A DNA stretch of 64,000 nt from Cenarchaeum sp. (GTDB taxonomy: Archaea; Thermoproteota; Nitrososphaeria; Nitrososphaerales; Nitrosopumilaceae), in NCBI GenBank assembly GCA_965242695.1, contig CBDESU010000001.1, positions 768,001 to 832,000 on the forward strand, written 5' to 3'. Below, in pieces: positions 43,010-52,283 of this stretch. The notes under the pieces were generated by a model that saw only the letters and a list, made by a program, of their open reading frames with translations, did not search any database and was not told the DNA's origin. A program made the translations under genes and the position numbers. Position 1 is the stretch's first letter; each line of letters begins with the position of its first letter.

Positions 43010-43726
43010 GCGGCGGCCGGGCGGACCGAGTGCCTGCTGTGCGGCCGCGCCCTTGCGCGGCGGGGCCGCGGCGGCGGCCGCCCGCACTGCAGGGAGTGCG
43101 CGGCCAGGGACGGCAAAAAGGCCTCCCGGACGCCGCGCATTGACTGCAAGGAGTGCGGCAAGGGGTTTGCCGCGGCCAGCCGCCTCGTCCGCTACTGCTC
43201 GGACGAGTGCCGCGCCGCCAGCGTGCGCCGATACAATCGGGAATACCAGCGCAGGTACCTGGCCGACCCGGAGAAGCGCGCCCTGGCCACGGCGCGCAAC
43301 AGGGCATCGGCCGCGGCCCGCGCGGCCCGCAAGAGGGGCGGGAGGCCGCCGCTGCCGCTGCCGCCGCGGCGCGCGGACCCGAACGCCGAGCCGTCCACAT
43401 GCAGGCTGTGCGGGAGCGGCTTTGCGCCGTACGGCCATACCCACCACGCCTACTGCAGGCGGTGCGCGGCCAAGGCCGATCGGGAGATCGCCAGGACGCT
43501 GCGCGCAAGATGCAAGGCGTGCGGCGGCAGGTTTTCCACGTCCAACCGCCTCGTCCGCTACTGCTCGGACGAGTGCCGCGCCGAGGGCCTGCGGCGCAGC
43601 CGCATCAAGAGCGCCCTCAAGCGCATGGCCGGCCCAGGGAAGCGCGCCGTCGAGGCGGCGCAGGCGAGGGAGCGGCGCGCCGCCAGCAGGCCAAAGAGGC
43701 GTGGCGGCGCGGCCCGCGCCGCCTGA
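43010..43726 (+). pseudogene. Four-zinc-finger protein (Z4), frame intact but promoter and ATG lost
   Basis: All 16 Cys retained; no canonical start before finger 1; same frame as Z3 behind one TGA. Confidence 0.65.
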
Positions 43727-44083
43727 TCGCATCCCCGGCCCGCGCGTCCGTAGACATTCAGGTCTCCAGCGTCAACTTCGCCCTATCCGCCCTAGGCGAG
43801 CGCGTCGTTTGCCAGAGACCGGAATGTGCACGGAGCATGGCCGGGGGGCAGGCCGGCGCGGCTCGACACGGCGCTGATGCGCTCAGTGCCAGTGCGATCG
43901 ACTCCATGCAGGTGCCAAGCCGGCATGGCTACGGCTGCGACTACAAGCGGCAGGGCAAGGCTTTTCAACGCCCTTCTTCGCCCGCCCACACTTCATACGC
44001 CTGCACCGGCGAAGCGCCGTAGGACAACCGCACAACAGGTCAGAGGCAGGCGCGGATGTCGAGGCGCGCCGGAAAGCTGGAGA

Positions 44084-44656
44084 TCACGGTTCGGCCGTAT
44101 TGGCCGGCAGGGGGCGGGCGTCGGCCCTGATCTTGTCCTGTATATCAATATAGAACACGTCATCCTCGCCATTGCCAGCTGGTATGTACCTGAAGCCAAG
44201 GTTGCGATAGAATCGCATGGTGTCGGGATCGTCGAGGGGGTTGAGCATGACGATACGGCATCCGATCCTCTCCGACAGGCGCATCGCCTCTTCGATCGAC
44301 CACAGCAAAAGCCTGGTGGCCACCCCCTGCCGCTCGTGGTCCTTGTCCGTGGCAAGGTAGCCGACGAGGAGTGCGGGGATGTTGCCGTAGCCCATCCCCT
44401 GCAGGGCAGGGTCGCGGCCGGGGCGCAGGTGCGCCGCCGCGACAGAGATGTAGCCGAGCGTGGCCCCCTCGTCGCCAATATACCGCCATGTTCGGTTCAG
44501 GCCCTCTTCCATGTCACTATAGGAAGTGACCCTGTAGTAGTCGTTGAACTCGGGATTTCGGCAATTAAAGTTTGGGTCGGGATCAGTGCCGGCGCGCACC
44601 AGAGAAATCTCGGGACTCTTTCGCTGCTCGCCTGCGGCGCCTTTCAACCTCTTCAT
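44084..44656 (-). CDS. GNAT acetyltransferase toxin (AtaT/TacT-like)
   Basis: FNC.N..FNDY, IPALLVGYLAT, ERQGVATRLL, IGCRIVML, RFYRNLGF. Confidence 0.85.
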   Translation of the reverse strand: MKRLKGAAGEQRKSPEISLVRAGTDPDPNFNCRNPEFNDYYRVTSYSDMEEGLNRTWRYIGDEGATLGYISVAAAHLRPGRDPALQGMGYGNIPALLVGYLATDKDHERQGVATRLLLWSIEEAMRLSERIGCRIVMLNPLDDPDTMRFYRNLGFRYIPAGNGEDDVFYIDIQDKIRADARPLPANTAEP

Positions 44657-44798
44657 GATCGATCTCCTTCATGTACTTGGCCTGCTCCCTGGCCATCCGG
44701 AGGGTGCGCCTCATCTCGGGCGTAGGGCCCTCCCTCAGCTGCTCTATGACCATTGCCCACTGCCGATCGCTGAGCGGCTTGACCTCCCTCATCATCAA
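44583..44798 (-). CDS. Putative antitoxin of the GNAT toxin
   Basis: LSDRQWAMVIEQLREGPTPEM resembles the TacA/DUF1778 C-terminal region; TATATA 23 nt upstream. Confidence 0.6.
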   Translation of the reverse strand: MMMREVKPLSDRQWAMVIEQLREGPTPEMRRTLRMAREQAKYMKEIDHEEVERRRRRAAKESRDFSGARRH

Positions 44799-44915
44799 AA
44801 AGTGGCGGATACCGGTTGGATATATACCCTTCGCGTAGGCGTGAGAAAAGTCGGTGCGTCCCAGGCGGTCGGCCGGCCCGCCAGTCTTATATCGATGAGA
44901 TCGGCACCAGGAGCG

Positions 44916-45614
44916 ATGTCGGGGCCGGCTGCCGTATGCATCCTATGCGGCGCAAGCTTTGCGCCGTACGGCCGCGGCGCCCGCACTTTTTGCAGGCGGT
45001 GCGCGGCAAGGGCCGACAGGGAGGCCGGCAGGGCGCTGCACATGGACTGCAAGGCGTGCGGCAAGAGGTTTTCAGCGCCGCGCCGATCCGCCCGCTACTG
45101 CTCGGACGAGTGCCGCGCCGAGGGCGCGCGCCGCCGCAACCGCGAGCACCAGCGCAAGTACGTGGCCGACCCCGAGAAGCGCGCCATAACGGCGGCGCGA
45201 AACAGGGCCATCGCGGCGGCCCGCAGGGCCCGCGACAGGGGCGGGAGGCCGCCGCAGCGGCAGGCGCCGCCGCGAGCGGACCCTGACGCCGAGCCGTCCG
45301 TATGCAGGCTGTGCGGGCGCACATTTGCGCAGTACGGCCGCAGTAACCGGCACGCCTACTGCAGGCGGTGCACGGCAAGGGCCGACAGGGAGGTGGGCAG
45401 GACGTTGCGCTCAAAGTGCGCGGGGTGCGGCGGCAGGTTTTCCACGACCAGCCTCGCCGTGCGCTACTGCTCGGACGAGTGCCGCGCAGACGGCGCGCTG
45501 CGCAGCCAGCGCAAGAGCGATCTCAGGCTCAAGGCCGATCCCGGGAGGCGCGCCCTCGCGGAGGCGCAGAAAAGGGCGCTGAGGACCGCCCGCATGGGCG
45601 GGGAGGAGCGGTGA
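44916..45614 (+). CDS. Four-zinc-finger basic protein (Z5)
   Basis: Same architecture; promoter motif 24 nt upstream. Confidence 0.8.
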   Translation: MSGPAAVCILCGASFAPYGRGARTFCRRCAARADREAGRALHMDCKACGKRFSAPRRSARYCSDECRAEGARRRNREHQRKYVADPEKRAITAARNRAIAAARRARDRGGRPPQRQAPPRADPDAEPSVCRLCGRTFAQYGRSNRHAYCRRCTARADREVGRTLRSKCAGCGGRFSTTSLAVRYCSDECRADGALRSQRKSDLRLKADPGRRALAEAQKRALRTARMGGEER

Positions 45615-45938
45615 TGCAGCCGCGGCCTCCGCTGCCGCCGCCGGGCTGATCGCCGGGGCGCCCGCCGCGCGGTGCGGGGAATGCGGCGGGGAGTCTTCCG
45701 CGCCGGGCCGATCATTCGGCCGCCGCCCCGAGCGCGCCGTGCGGCCTGCGAATCGCCGCGGCCGCGGGCACCGGCGCGGGTGCGCGGCCGGGCCGCTCGG
45801 CGCACATTTCTGGCCGGCGAGCTGCAAGGCGCGGGCGGCGGAGGAGGGGAGGGTGGGCGGGGATCTGCGGCAGCCGCGGCGACGGCCTGGCGGGGGAAGA
45901 TCGGCCGGCATAAATAGACGTGGGGCGATCCTGCCTGC

Positions 45939-46739
45939 GTGGAATTCGGCGCGGACGACACGGATACGGCCTATGTGTGGACGGCCGCGGCCGCGGCAAG
46001 GGCGTGGGCCGCGTCGGCGCACCACCTTGCCGCATGGGAGTCGTGGCAGATCGCATGGATGGCCATGGCCGAGTCGTCCGAGGCCGGCCGGAACGCGGCC
46101 GCCGCGGGGGTCGAGGCCGTCGGCAGGGGCGGCCGGATGGACGGGGCGGCGCTCGGGCGCGGCGCATCGGGTCTCGAGGAGGCCGTGCAGGCGCACCTGC
46201 GCGCAGAGGCCGCGTTTGGCAGGTCGGCCGCGCAGGCCAGATCGTCGACTGCGGAGTGGGAGATTGCGGCCGGCGCGCACTCCATGGCCGGCGATGCGGA
46301 GAATGCGGCGATGGTGCGCAGGCATGCCGACAACTCGCGCGCAGTCGCTGATGCGGCGGGCAAGTGGGCGACGCGGGCCGGCCGCGCCGCGGACACCGCC
46401 AAAGGGGCGATGCGCAAGTGGAGGGAGTTTGAGGCCGCGCGGTCGGGTGGCGGGGCATGGGGAGGCGACCGGGCCGCATGGATCGACGCGCAGGCCCGGA
46501 TACGCGACGAAGCCGAGCGCAGCAGGAAAAAGTGGCTGGGCAGGGCCAAGACGGCCAAGGAGTCGGTGCGGACGGCGGCCGAGCACGTGCAGCGGTACGC
46601 GGACATAGTCGAGGAGGCCTCTGCGGCGATCGACCGTTCGGATGCGCCCCTGCCGGCGGCGCGCGATGCCATGGACGCGTGGAAGGCGGCCGTGGAGGCG
46701 GCCCGGCAGGCGGTCGCCGCGTGGCGCGCGCGCGAGTGA
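45939..46739 (+). CDS. Ala/Trp-rich helical protein, family A (A11, paralog of A6)
   Basis: VWTAAAAARAWAASAHHLAAWE; GGCATAAAT 24 nt upstream. Confidence 0.78.
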   Translation: MEFGADDTDTAYVWTAAAAARAWAASAHHLAAWESWQIAWMAMAESSEAGRNAAAAGVEAVGRGGRMDGAALGRGASGLEEAVQAHLRAEAAFGRSAAQARSSTAEWEIAAGAHSMAGDAENAAMVRRHADNSRAVADAAGKWATRAGRAADTAKGAMRKWREFEAARSGGGAWGGDRAAWIDAQARIRDEAERSRKKWLGRAKTAKESVRTAAEHVQRYADIVEEASAAIDRSDAPLPAARDAMDAWKAAVEAARQAVAAWRARE

Positions 46740-47084
46740 TCTGCGCGCGGCGGCGGCGGGGACGGCGGCCGTCCATGAGGCGCGCGCCTCGGCGGCGATA
46801 GCTTGACGGCGCGCCGTCGCGCGGCGCCCAACCGCCGCGCATTCTGGCCGACAATCCCTGTCGACCCAGCGTGCCGGCTGCCGTCAATGACGCCGGCCGC
46901 ACCTGCCATTCTCGCCACGCCCGGGCCATCGATCGCCGCCCCCGTCATGGCTGGAAGCCGCGCGTGCGGCGGCAATGCGGCCGTCAAGAGCGCCGGCAAG
47001 CGGCTCGACCCTCAGGCCGCAGCGCCGCCGGGCAGGATTGACTCCTCGTTCAGCGATGCAAAAGGAGGCCTGCGCGCCGGCAGG

Positions 47085-47312
47085 CATCGGCGGCCTACCC
47101 GCCGCCTTTTGTAGGCCAGCCGCCTGCGGCGGCCTCCCTGCGCGGCCCGGCACTCTCCAGGCATACCCTGCGGCCCCTGCCGCCGCCACTGCGGGGGCCG
47201 GAACGGCGGCATACGATGCGCCTTTTTCGGGCCGTGGCGGGCGTGAACGCTCGCATCTCCGGCACCGGCTGCGCCCCGGGCGCACCGGTGCGCGCATCGC
47301 ATGCCGGAGGCT
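47085..47312. repeat. ~230-bp dispersed direct repeat, copy 1
   Basis: Shares CCGCCTTTTGTAGGCCAGCCGCCTGCGGCGGCCTCCCTG...GGCGTGAACGCTCGCATCTCCGGCACCGGCTGCGCCCCGGGCGC with copy 2. Confidence 0.85.
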
Positions 47313-47380
47313 AGAATATGTGCGAAGAGGTTTGCACCCGCATGCCAAACTGTCATGTATCCTAGAAGTCGGGCCGCCCC

Positions 47381-48116
47381 GTGTACTACATGTTTGTGGA
47401 CGAGTCTGGAAACCCTCGAGCCGCCGGAACCGTTGCGCGCGATAGCGGCGTCTACATACAGAGTGGAGTGATCGTGCACGGCGATCGCGTGCACGCCGCC
47501 AGGGCGGCCATAGACAGGGCCAAGTGCGAGCTCTTCAGGGGCAACGATCCCGCGAAAGTGGAGTTGCACGGGTATGAAATATGGAGGAATAGGGGCCGGT
47601 TTGCGTCAGACCTGCGCATTCCTGATCAAGAGAAAAAACTCGAGATATTTGCAAGAACGTCCCAAGCGATTGCAGAGTCTGGCTCCGTTCTGCTCAACGT
47701 TATCGTATGGAAGAACCGCGTTTCCTCGGGGCAACGCAGCCTGCTCGGCCCCCGTGGAGGTTGCTCACGGAGCGCTTCGATCAATACCTGGCCACCTGTG
47801 GCGGCGGCGAGGCCGGCAGCATTATTGCCGACGCCAGTAGCCGCGGCACAGAGACAAAGAAAGGGATGCGGTGCAGAAAACGTGCAATAGCATAGGGCGA
47901 TGCAAGTCTCGTCCTCCGTTGGTCCTGAAGGACATCCGCTTTGTAGACTCGCTCAGCGAGCCACTGGTGCAGGCCGCAGACATGGTAGCGTACATAATCC
48001 ACAAGCACTGCCGCGGAGATGTCTTGTTTGGGAGGTGGTTCAACGCCCTTGCCCCTTGCATGTGGCATCACGGCGGTAGAATCGAGGGGTTTGGAATAAG
48101 CTGCTACCCGCCTTGA
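47381..48116 (+). pseudogene. DUF3800-domain protein with two frameshifts
   Basis: MFVDESG, ELHG, then WRLLTERF...IIAD and FVDS...LVQAADMVAY in shifted frames. Confidence 0.8.
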
Positions 48117-48954
48117 AGATACGCGGGGACGACAGTGGCGCCGGATCCCCAAGCCGCCGTCCCACCGGCTTGGGTCTGCCCCGATGCCACCGGGAACGAC
48201 GGTCGTGCGATCTCACTCTTGCGCCGCCCCTGGGTACTGCCCCTTCGCAGATCCCTGCCCGTGCCCCACAGCGGTGCCATATAAACAATTCCTGCCGCGC
48301 TCGCACTTGGGCCACCAAGACGGCGGCTGCCGCCGGCCGAGGCGCGGTGCGCCGCCGTAGTGCAGCGGGGGCGGGCGGGCGGGCGGGCGGGCGGGCGCGG
48401 ATTCCAGTGCCGGCGCGGCCTTCCTGCATGGCGGAGAGGTGGAGGACAGGCTGCGGGCGGGGGCGGACGCGCCGCCTGTCCTAGTCCATGCTAGCGGAGC
48501 ACGACGGGTGGCCCTGCCGCAGCGGGCGCTGCCGGTAGCGGCTCCCACCTGTCTCACCCATGCTCGTGGAGCGGGCGGGCTGGGCGGCGAGAATGGGGCA
48601 GGGTGATGCGGGTCAAGGCGGGCGGGCGGACGCCGCCCGCCGCATCCCGGGGCGGTTTTGCAACTGAGACGGCTGTCAAGGTGCATCCTGCGGACCGCAG
48701 CCAGCGGGCGGCTTGAGGGATCGGGGCGGCGAGCGATCATGGGCCCGCCGCGCCCTGTCACAAGGCATCTGCCGGCAAAAGTCCCTTGCGGCCGCGACAT
48801 TCAATCCTGCCGGCCTGCGGGCCGGCGCGGCTGTCCAGGGCGCCCGCCTTCAAGCGGCCCCGACTCGATCCCGTCCCCTGCAAACGCCTCGCAGTCTGCC
48901 AGGCCGGCTCGGGCGGGAGCATACTCGCCGTGCTGCGCGTGCGCCCAGGCCAGC

Positions 48955-49184
48955 GTCGGAGGCCTGCCGGCCGCCTTTTGTAGGCCAGCCGCCTGCGGCG
49001 GCCTCCCTGTACAGCCAGGCGCTCTCCCGGCACACCCTGCGGCCCCTGCCGCCGCCACTGCGGGGGGACGGCAATGGCGGCATACGATGCGCCTTTTTCG
49101 GGATATGGCGGGCGTGAACGCTCGCATCTCCGGCACCGGCTGCGCCCCGGGCGCCCCGCTGCGCGCATCGCCTGCCGGAGGCCT
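48955..49184. repeat. ~230-bp dispersed direct repeat, copy 2
   Basis: See copy 1. Confidence 0.85.
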
Positions 49185-49250
49185 GAGTGCGCGCGGCCCG
49201 CGCGCCGCCCGCACCGAACGGCATAAAGGCGGGCGCATGCGCCGCGGCGC

Positions 49251-50060
49251 GTGGAAAAGGGCGGCCGGAACGAGGGCACGGCCGCGGACGTCTGGGCTGC
49301 GGCGGGAATGGAGCATGCAAGGGCCGCCGCGCTGCACCGGTGCGCGGCGCTCGATGCATGCCTCCACTCGTGGGCGGCAAGGGTGGACGGCAGCGGCGCG
49401 CTGGGGGACGCGGCGGACGCGCGCGGCAGGATCGTGGGCGGGGAAGGGAACACGGTCAGCAGGAGCGCGATAGCGGCGACCGGGGCCGCGATGCAGCGGG
49501 ACGTAGACGCGCTGCACAGGGCAGCCGTAGAGTTCGGCCTGGCGGCCAGGCTGTCCGGCATGGCCGCCGACGGGTGGGACATGGCCGAGAAGGCCTTTGC
49601 CCGCGCGGGGAACGGCGAGTGGAGGCGCATCGCGCGCGAGCGGTCGGGCGAGGGCCGAAAGATGGCCGGGACGCTGGGCGCATGGGCGGAAAGGTCGCGC
49701 TCGACGGCCGGCACGCTCGGGCAGTCGGCAGGCGAATGGGTGGCCGGCACGGCCGACTGGCCGGATGGCGCCGTGATGGAAGGCGGCCGCGGCAGGTGGA
49801 CGGACGGGCAGGGCGAGCTGCAGGCCGCCGCCGCTAGGGAGCGGGGGCACGCAGAGGAGATGGTGCGGCAGACGCATGCGGCCGCGCGGGTGGCCGCCGG
49901 CGACCTGGAGCGGATCACACTCGAGGCCGGGCGGCGCACGGCCGCGCTTGGATGGGTTGCCTCGGCCGCCGACCGTGCGGAATCGGCCGAGCTGAGCGAG
50001 GCCGCAGCGGCGCTCGGGGAGGGGATGGAGGCGGGCCGGCAGGCTGAAAAGGGCCGATAG
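49251..50060 (+). CDS. Ala/Trp-rich helical protein, family A (A12, paralog of A9)
   Basis: High identity to A9; promoter motif 23 nt upstream. Confidence 0.78.
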   Translation: MEKGGRNEGTAADVWAAAGMEHARAAALHRCAALDACLHSWAARVDGSGALGDAADARGRIVGGEGNTVSRSAIAATGAAMQRDVDALHRAAVEFGLAARLSGMAADGWDMAEKAFARAGNGEWRRIARERSGEGRKMAGTLGAWAERSRSTAGTLGQSAGEWVAGTADWPDGAVMEGGRGRWTDGQGELQAAAARERGHAEEMVRQTHAAARVAAGDLERITLEAGRRTAALGWVASAADRAESAELSEAAAALGEGMEAGRQAEKGR

Positions 50061-50067
50061 GGGGCGC

Positions 50068-50880
50068 ATGGGCGTGGGCTGGGGCGTAGGCGGCCGGACG
50101 GCGGACGAGGACGACGGCGCGGCGGGCGTGTGGTCCGCGGCGGGGATGGAGCAGGCAAGGGCCGCGTCCGCGCGCCAGTGCGCGGCCATCGATGCGTGCC
50201 GGCATGCATGGACGGCGGAGGCCGAGTCGGGGACCGCCTTGCTGGAGGTGGTGCGGGCAAACGACGGGATCGTGGCGGGGCCCGGCGGGGGCGTGCGCCG
50301 CGGGCCGATCGCGGATGCGGCCGCCGCGCTGCGGCGGAGCATAGACGCGATGGAGCGGGCCGCCGTGGAGTTCAGCCAGGCCTCCAAGCTGTCCGACGTG
50401 GCGGCCGACGGGTGGGGCAGGGCAGCGGAGGCGTTCGGCAGGGCGGGGACGATCGATCGGGTACGGGCCGCGCGCGACCGCGCGGACGAGGCGCGCAAGA
50501 TGGCGCGCGGGATGGAGGGGCATGCGGCGCGGTCCCGCGCGTCGGCCGCCTCGTTCGAGGAGGCGGCGAACGGATGGGTGGCAAGGTCGGCAGAGTGGGA
50601 GGACGGCGACACGGTGGTCCGCGGCAGCGACGGGTGGCCGGAAAGGCGCGACAGGGCGCAGGGCGTGGCGGAGGGGAGGCGGGCAAGGGCCGAGGACATG
50701 GAGCAGCGCACGCTGGCGGCGGCGCGGCTGGCCGAGGCAGAGTCGGCGCACCTGGCGGCCGGCACCAAGAGCCTCACGGCGGGGGCCGTGGCACTGCTGG
50801 AGAATCTGCAAGCGCCCGAGGCGGCCGCTGCGCTGAGGGACGGAATGGAGGCGGCCGCTAGGGCCGTGCGGGACAGGTAG
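50068..50880 (+). CDS. Ala/Trp-rich helical protein, family A (A13, paralog of A10)
   Basis: High identity to A10. Confidence 0.78.
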   Translation: MGVGWGVGGRTADEDDGAAGVWSAAGMEQARAASARQCAAIDACRHAWTAEAESGTALLEVVRANDGIVAGPGGGVRRGPIADAAAALRRSIDAMERAAVEFSQASKLSDVAADGWGRAAEAFGRAGTIDRVRAARDRADEARKMARGMEGHAARSRASAASFEEAANGWVARSAEWEDGDTVVRGSDGWPERRDRAQGVAEGRRARAEDMEQRTLAAARLAEAESAHLAAGTKSLTAGAVALLENLQAPEAAAALRDGMEAAARAVRDR

Positions 50881-51225
50881 CAGGGCTGCGGCATGCCGGC
50901 CTTGGGACGGCAGCCGTACATCCGTCGCGCGCGCCTGCCAATGCCGCCGCGCCGCCCTGGTGGACACGGACGACCTTGGAAGGGCGATGCCGCCGGCGGT
51001 TGCCGCCAGCCTCTCCGCCGCCTGCATTGGCGCAGCGCGTGCCGTTTCCATGCGCCGGGCTCGGGCGCGGATGCCGGGGCGCCTGGACGGCGGTCCGCCA
51101 AGAAGTTGCACGTATGGTGCGGGCGTGCGGGCGCGGCCGCGGGCCGCCATGCCCCTCATATGCCGCCGTGCCGCATCTGGCATGCTTGTTACTGACCCCT
51201 AGGCGGTTCGCGCGGTGACTGGGGC

Positions 51226-51477
51226 ATGGGCAAGCGCATTGCAGCCGCCACTGCCGCGGGCGTCGTAGTCGGAACGCTTCTCATCCCACATGTCGCCGAT
51301 TTTGTCGAGCCCATGCCGGCGGTTGCCGATTGCGGCCTCGTAGACGATGCCAAATAGCGTGATACTTGCATCCGCGATAGAACGGTTATGCGCACGCTCA
51401 TCATTGTTATGGTTCCGACATTGACGGCCGGGATCTTTGCATCCTACTTTGTCGCACATGCAAAACGATCGCCGTGA
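51226..51477 (+). pseudogene. Paralog of the small two-TM protein, with internal TAG at 51355
   Basis: ...ADCGLVDDAK*RDTC...RTLIIVMVPTLTAGIFAS aligns to 36733..36987 (Trp to stop). Confidence 0.7.
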
Positions 51478-52283
51478 ATGACGCAGGGAGACCGACAGAG
51501 CCATTCGCACTGCCGTCGGGCTGCATGGCGCGTGCGCGATTGCACGGTGCAGGTGCAGCTGCGCTGCGCCCATCGGACGCATGGCAGTTGGCAGTTCGTG
51601 CCTTGGATGCGGTAGCAGGGGGCAGCATGCCAAGTGCTGGGCGGGCGGCACGGAGCGGGGCCATGAGCCGCCCGCCCTGCTCCCCGCATGATCGCGGCAG
51701 ACTGCAGGGGGGTGGCGGGCATGGCGGCACCGCCCGTCCCCTGCTGCTCGGCGCTGCCATGCCGTCCGTCGTCGATGCGATCGCCTGCACGATCGCCGAC
51801 CGGCGGAACGGTGGGAGCGCGGGAGCCGCCCGGCGGCCCGCAGCGGCTCGACATCGCACCAGAGGCGGCCGTACCCATACGTGCGGTGCAGAGGCCAAGG
51901 CGCATCGCACACGTGGACGGGGGCAGCGCGACCCTGTTCGGCGGCCACGGATGGCCGGCAGCATTAAGCCGCATGTGCCGCGCCGTGCGCTAGGGGGGGG
52001 GGGGGTGAGCGGGCGCCTCGCCCAAGGTGCATCCGCGCGTCGTCTTTATGCCGCTTCTTGCGGCCGAGCCGGGCGATGCGGGCGGCGGCGACAGGGAGTC
52101 GGCAGAGGCGGGAGCGGAGGCGGCGGCAGAATGCGGCACCCGGCACGCAGGTGCGTCCTGCAAGCCTTTCCCGCTGGCACGGCAGGGCGCCCGAGGCCGC
52201 CAGGCGAGTCGCATTCCACTCCGAATGACGTCCTTAACCTACCTTCCCGGCACTTAAATAGGGCATTTCGGCGCCCCCGCCCG

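Noticed and set aside
40065-45614. Diversity-generating retroelement behind zinc-finger or TPR variation
   Set aside because: No reverse transcriptase in the window and differences between copies are not adenine-specific
52044-52057. Minus-strand copy of the GCATAAAG promoter motif
   Set aside because: No start codon at the 23-26 nt spacing and no credible downstream ORF
51474-52283. Long N-terminal extension of the HEPN-TPR ORF, and similar extensions at 33552, 39720, 44544 and 24411
   Set aside because: Low-complexity Arg/Gly/Ala translations typical of GC-rich non-coding DNA; TATA spacing and paralog alignment give later starts
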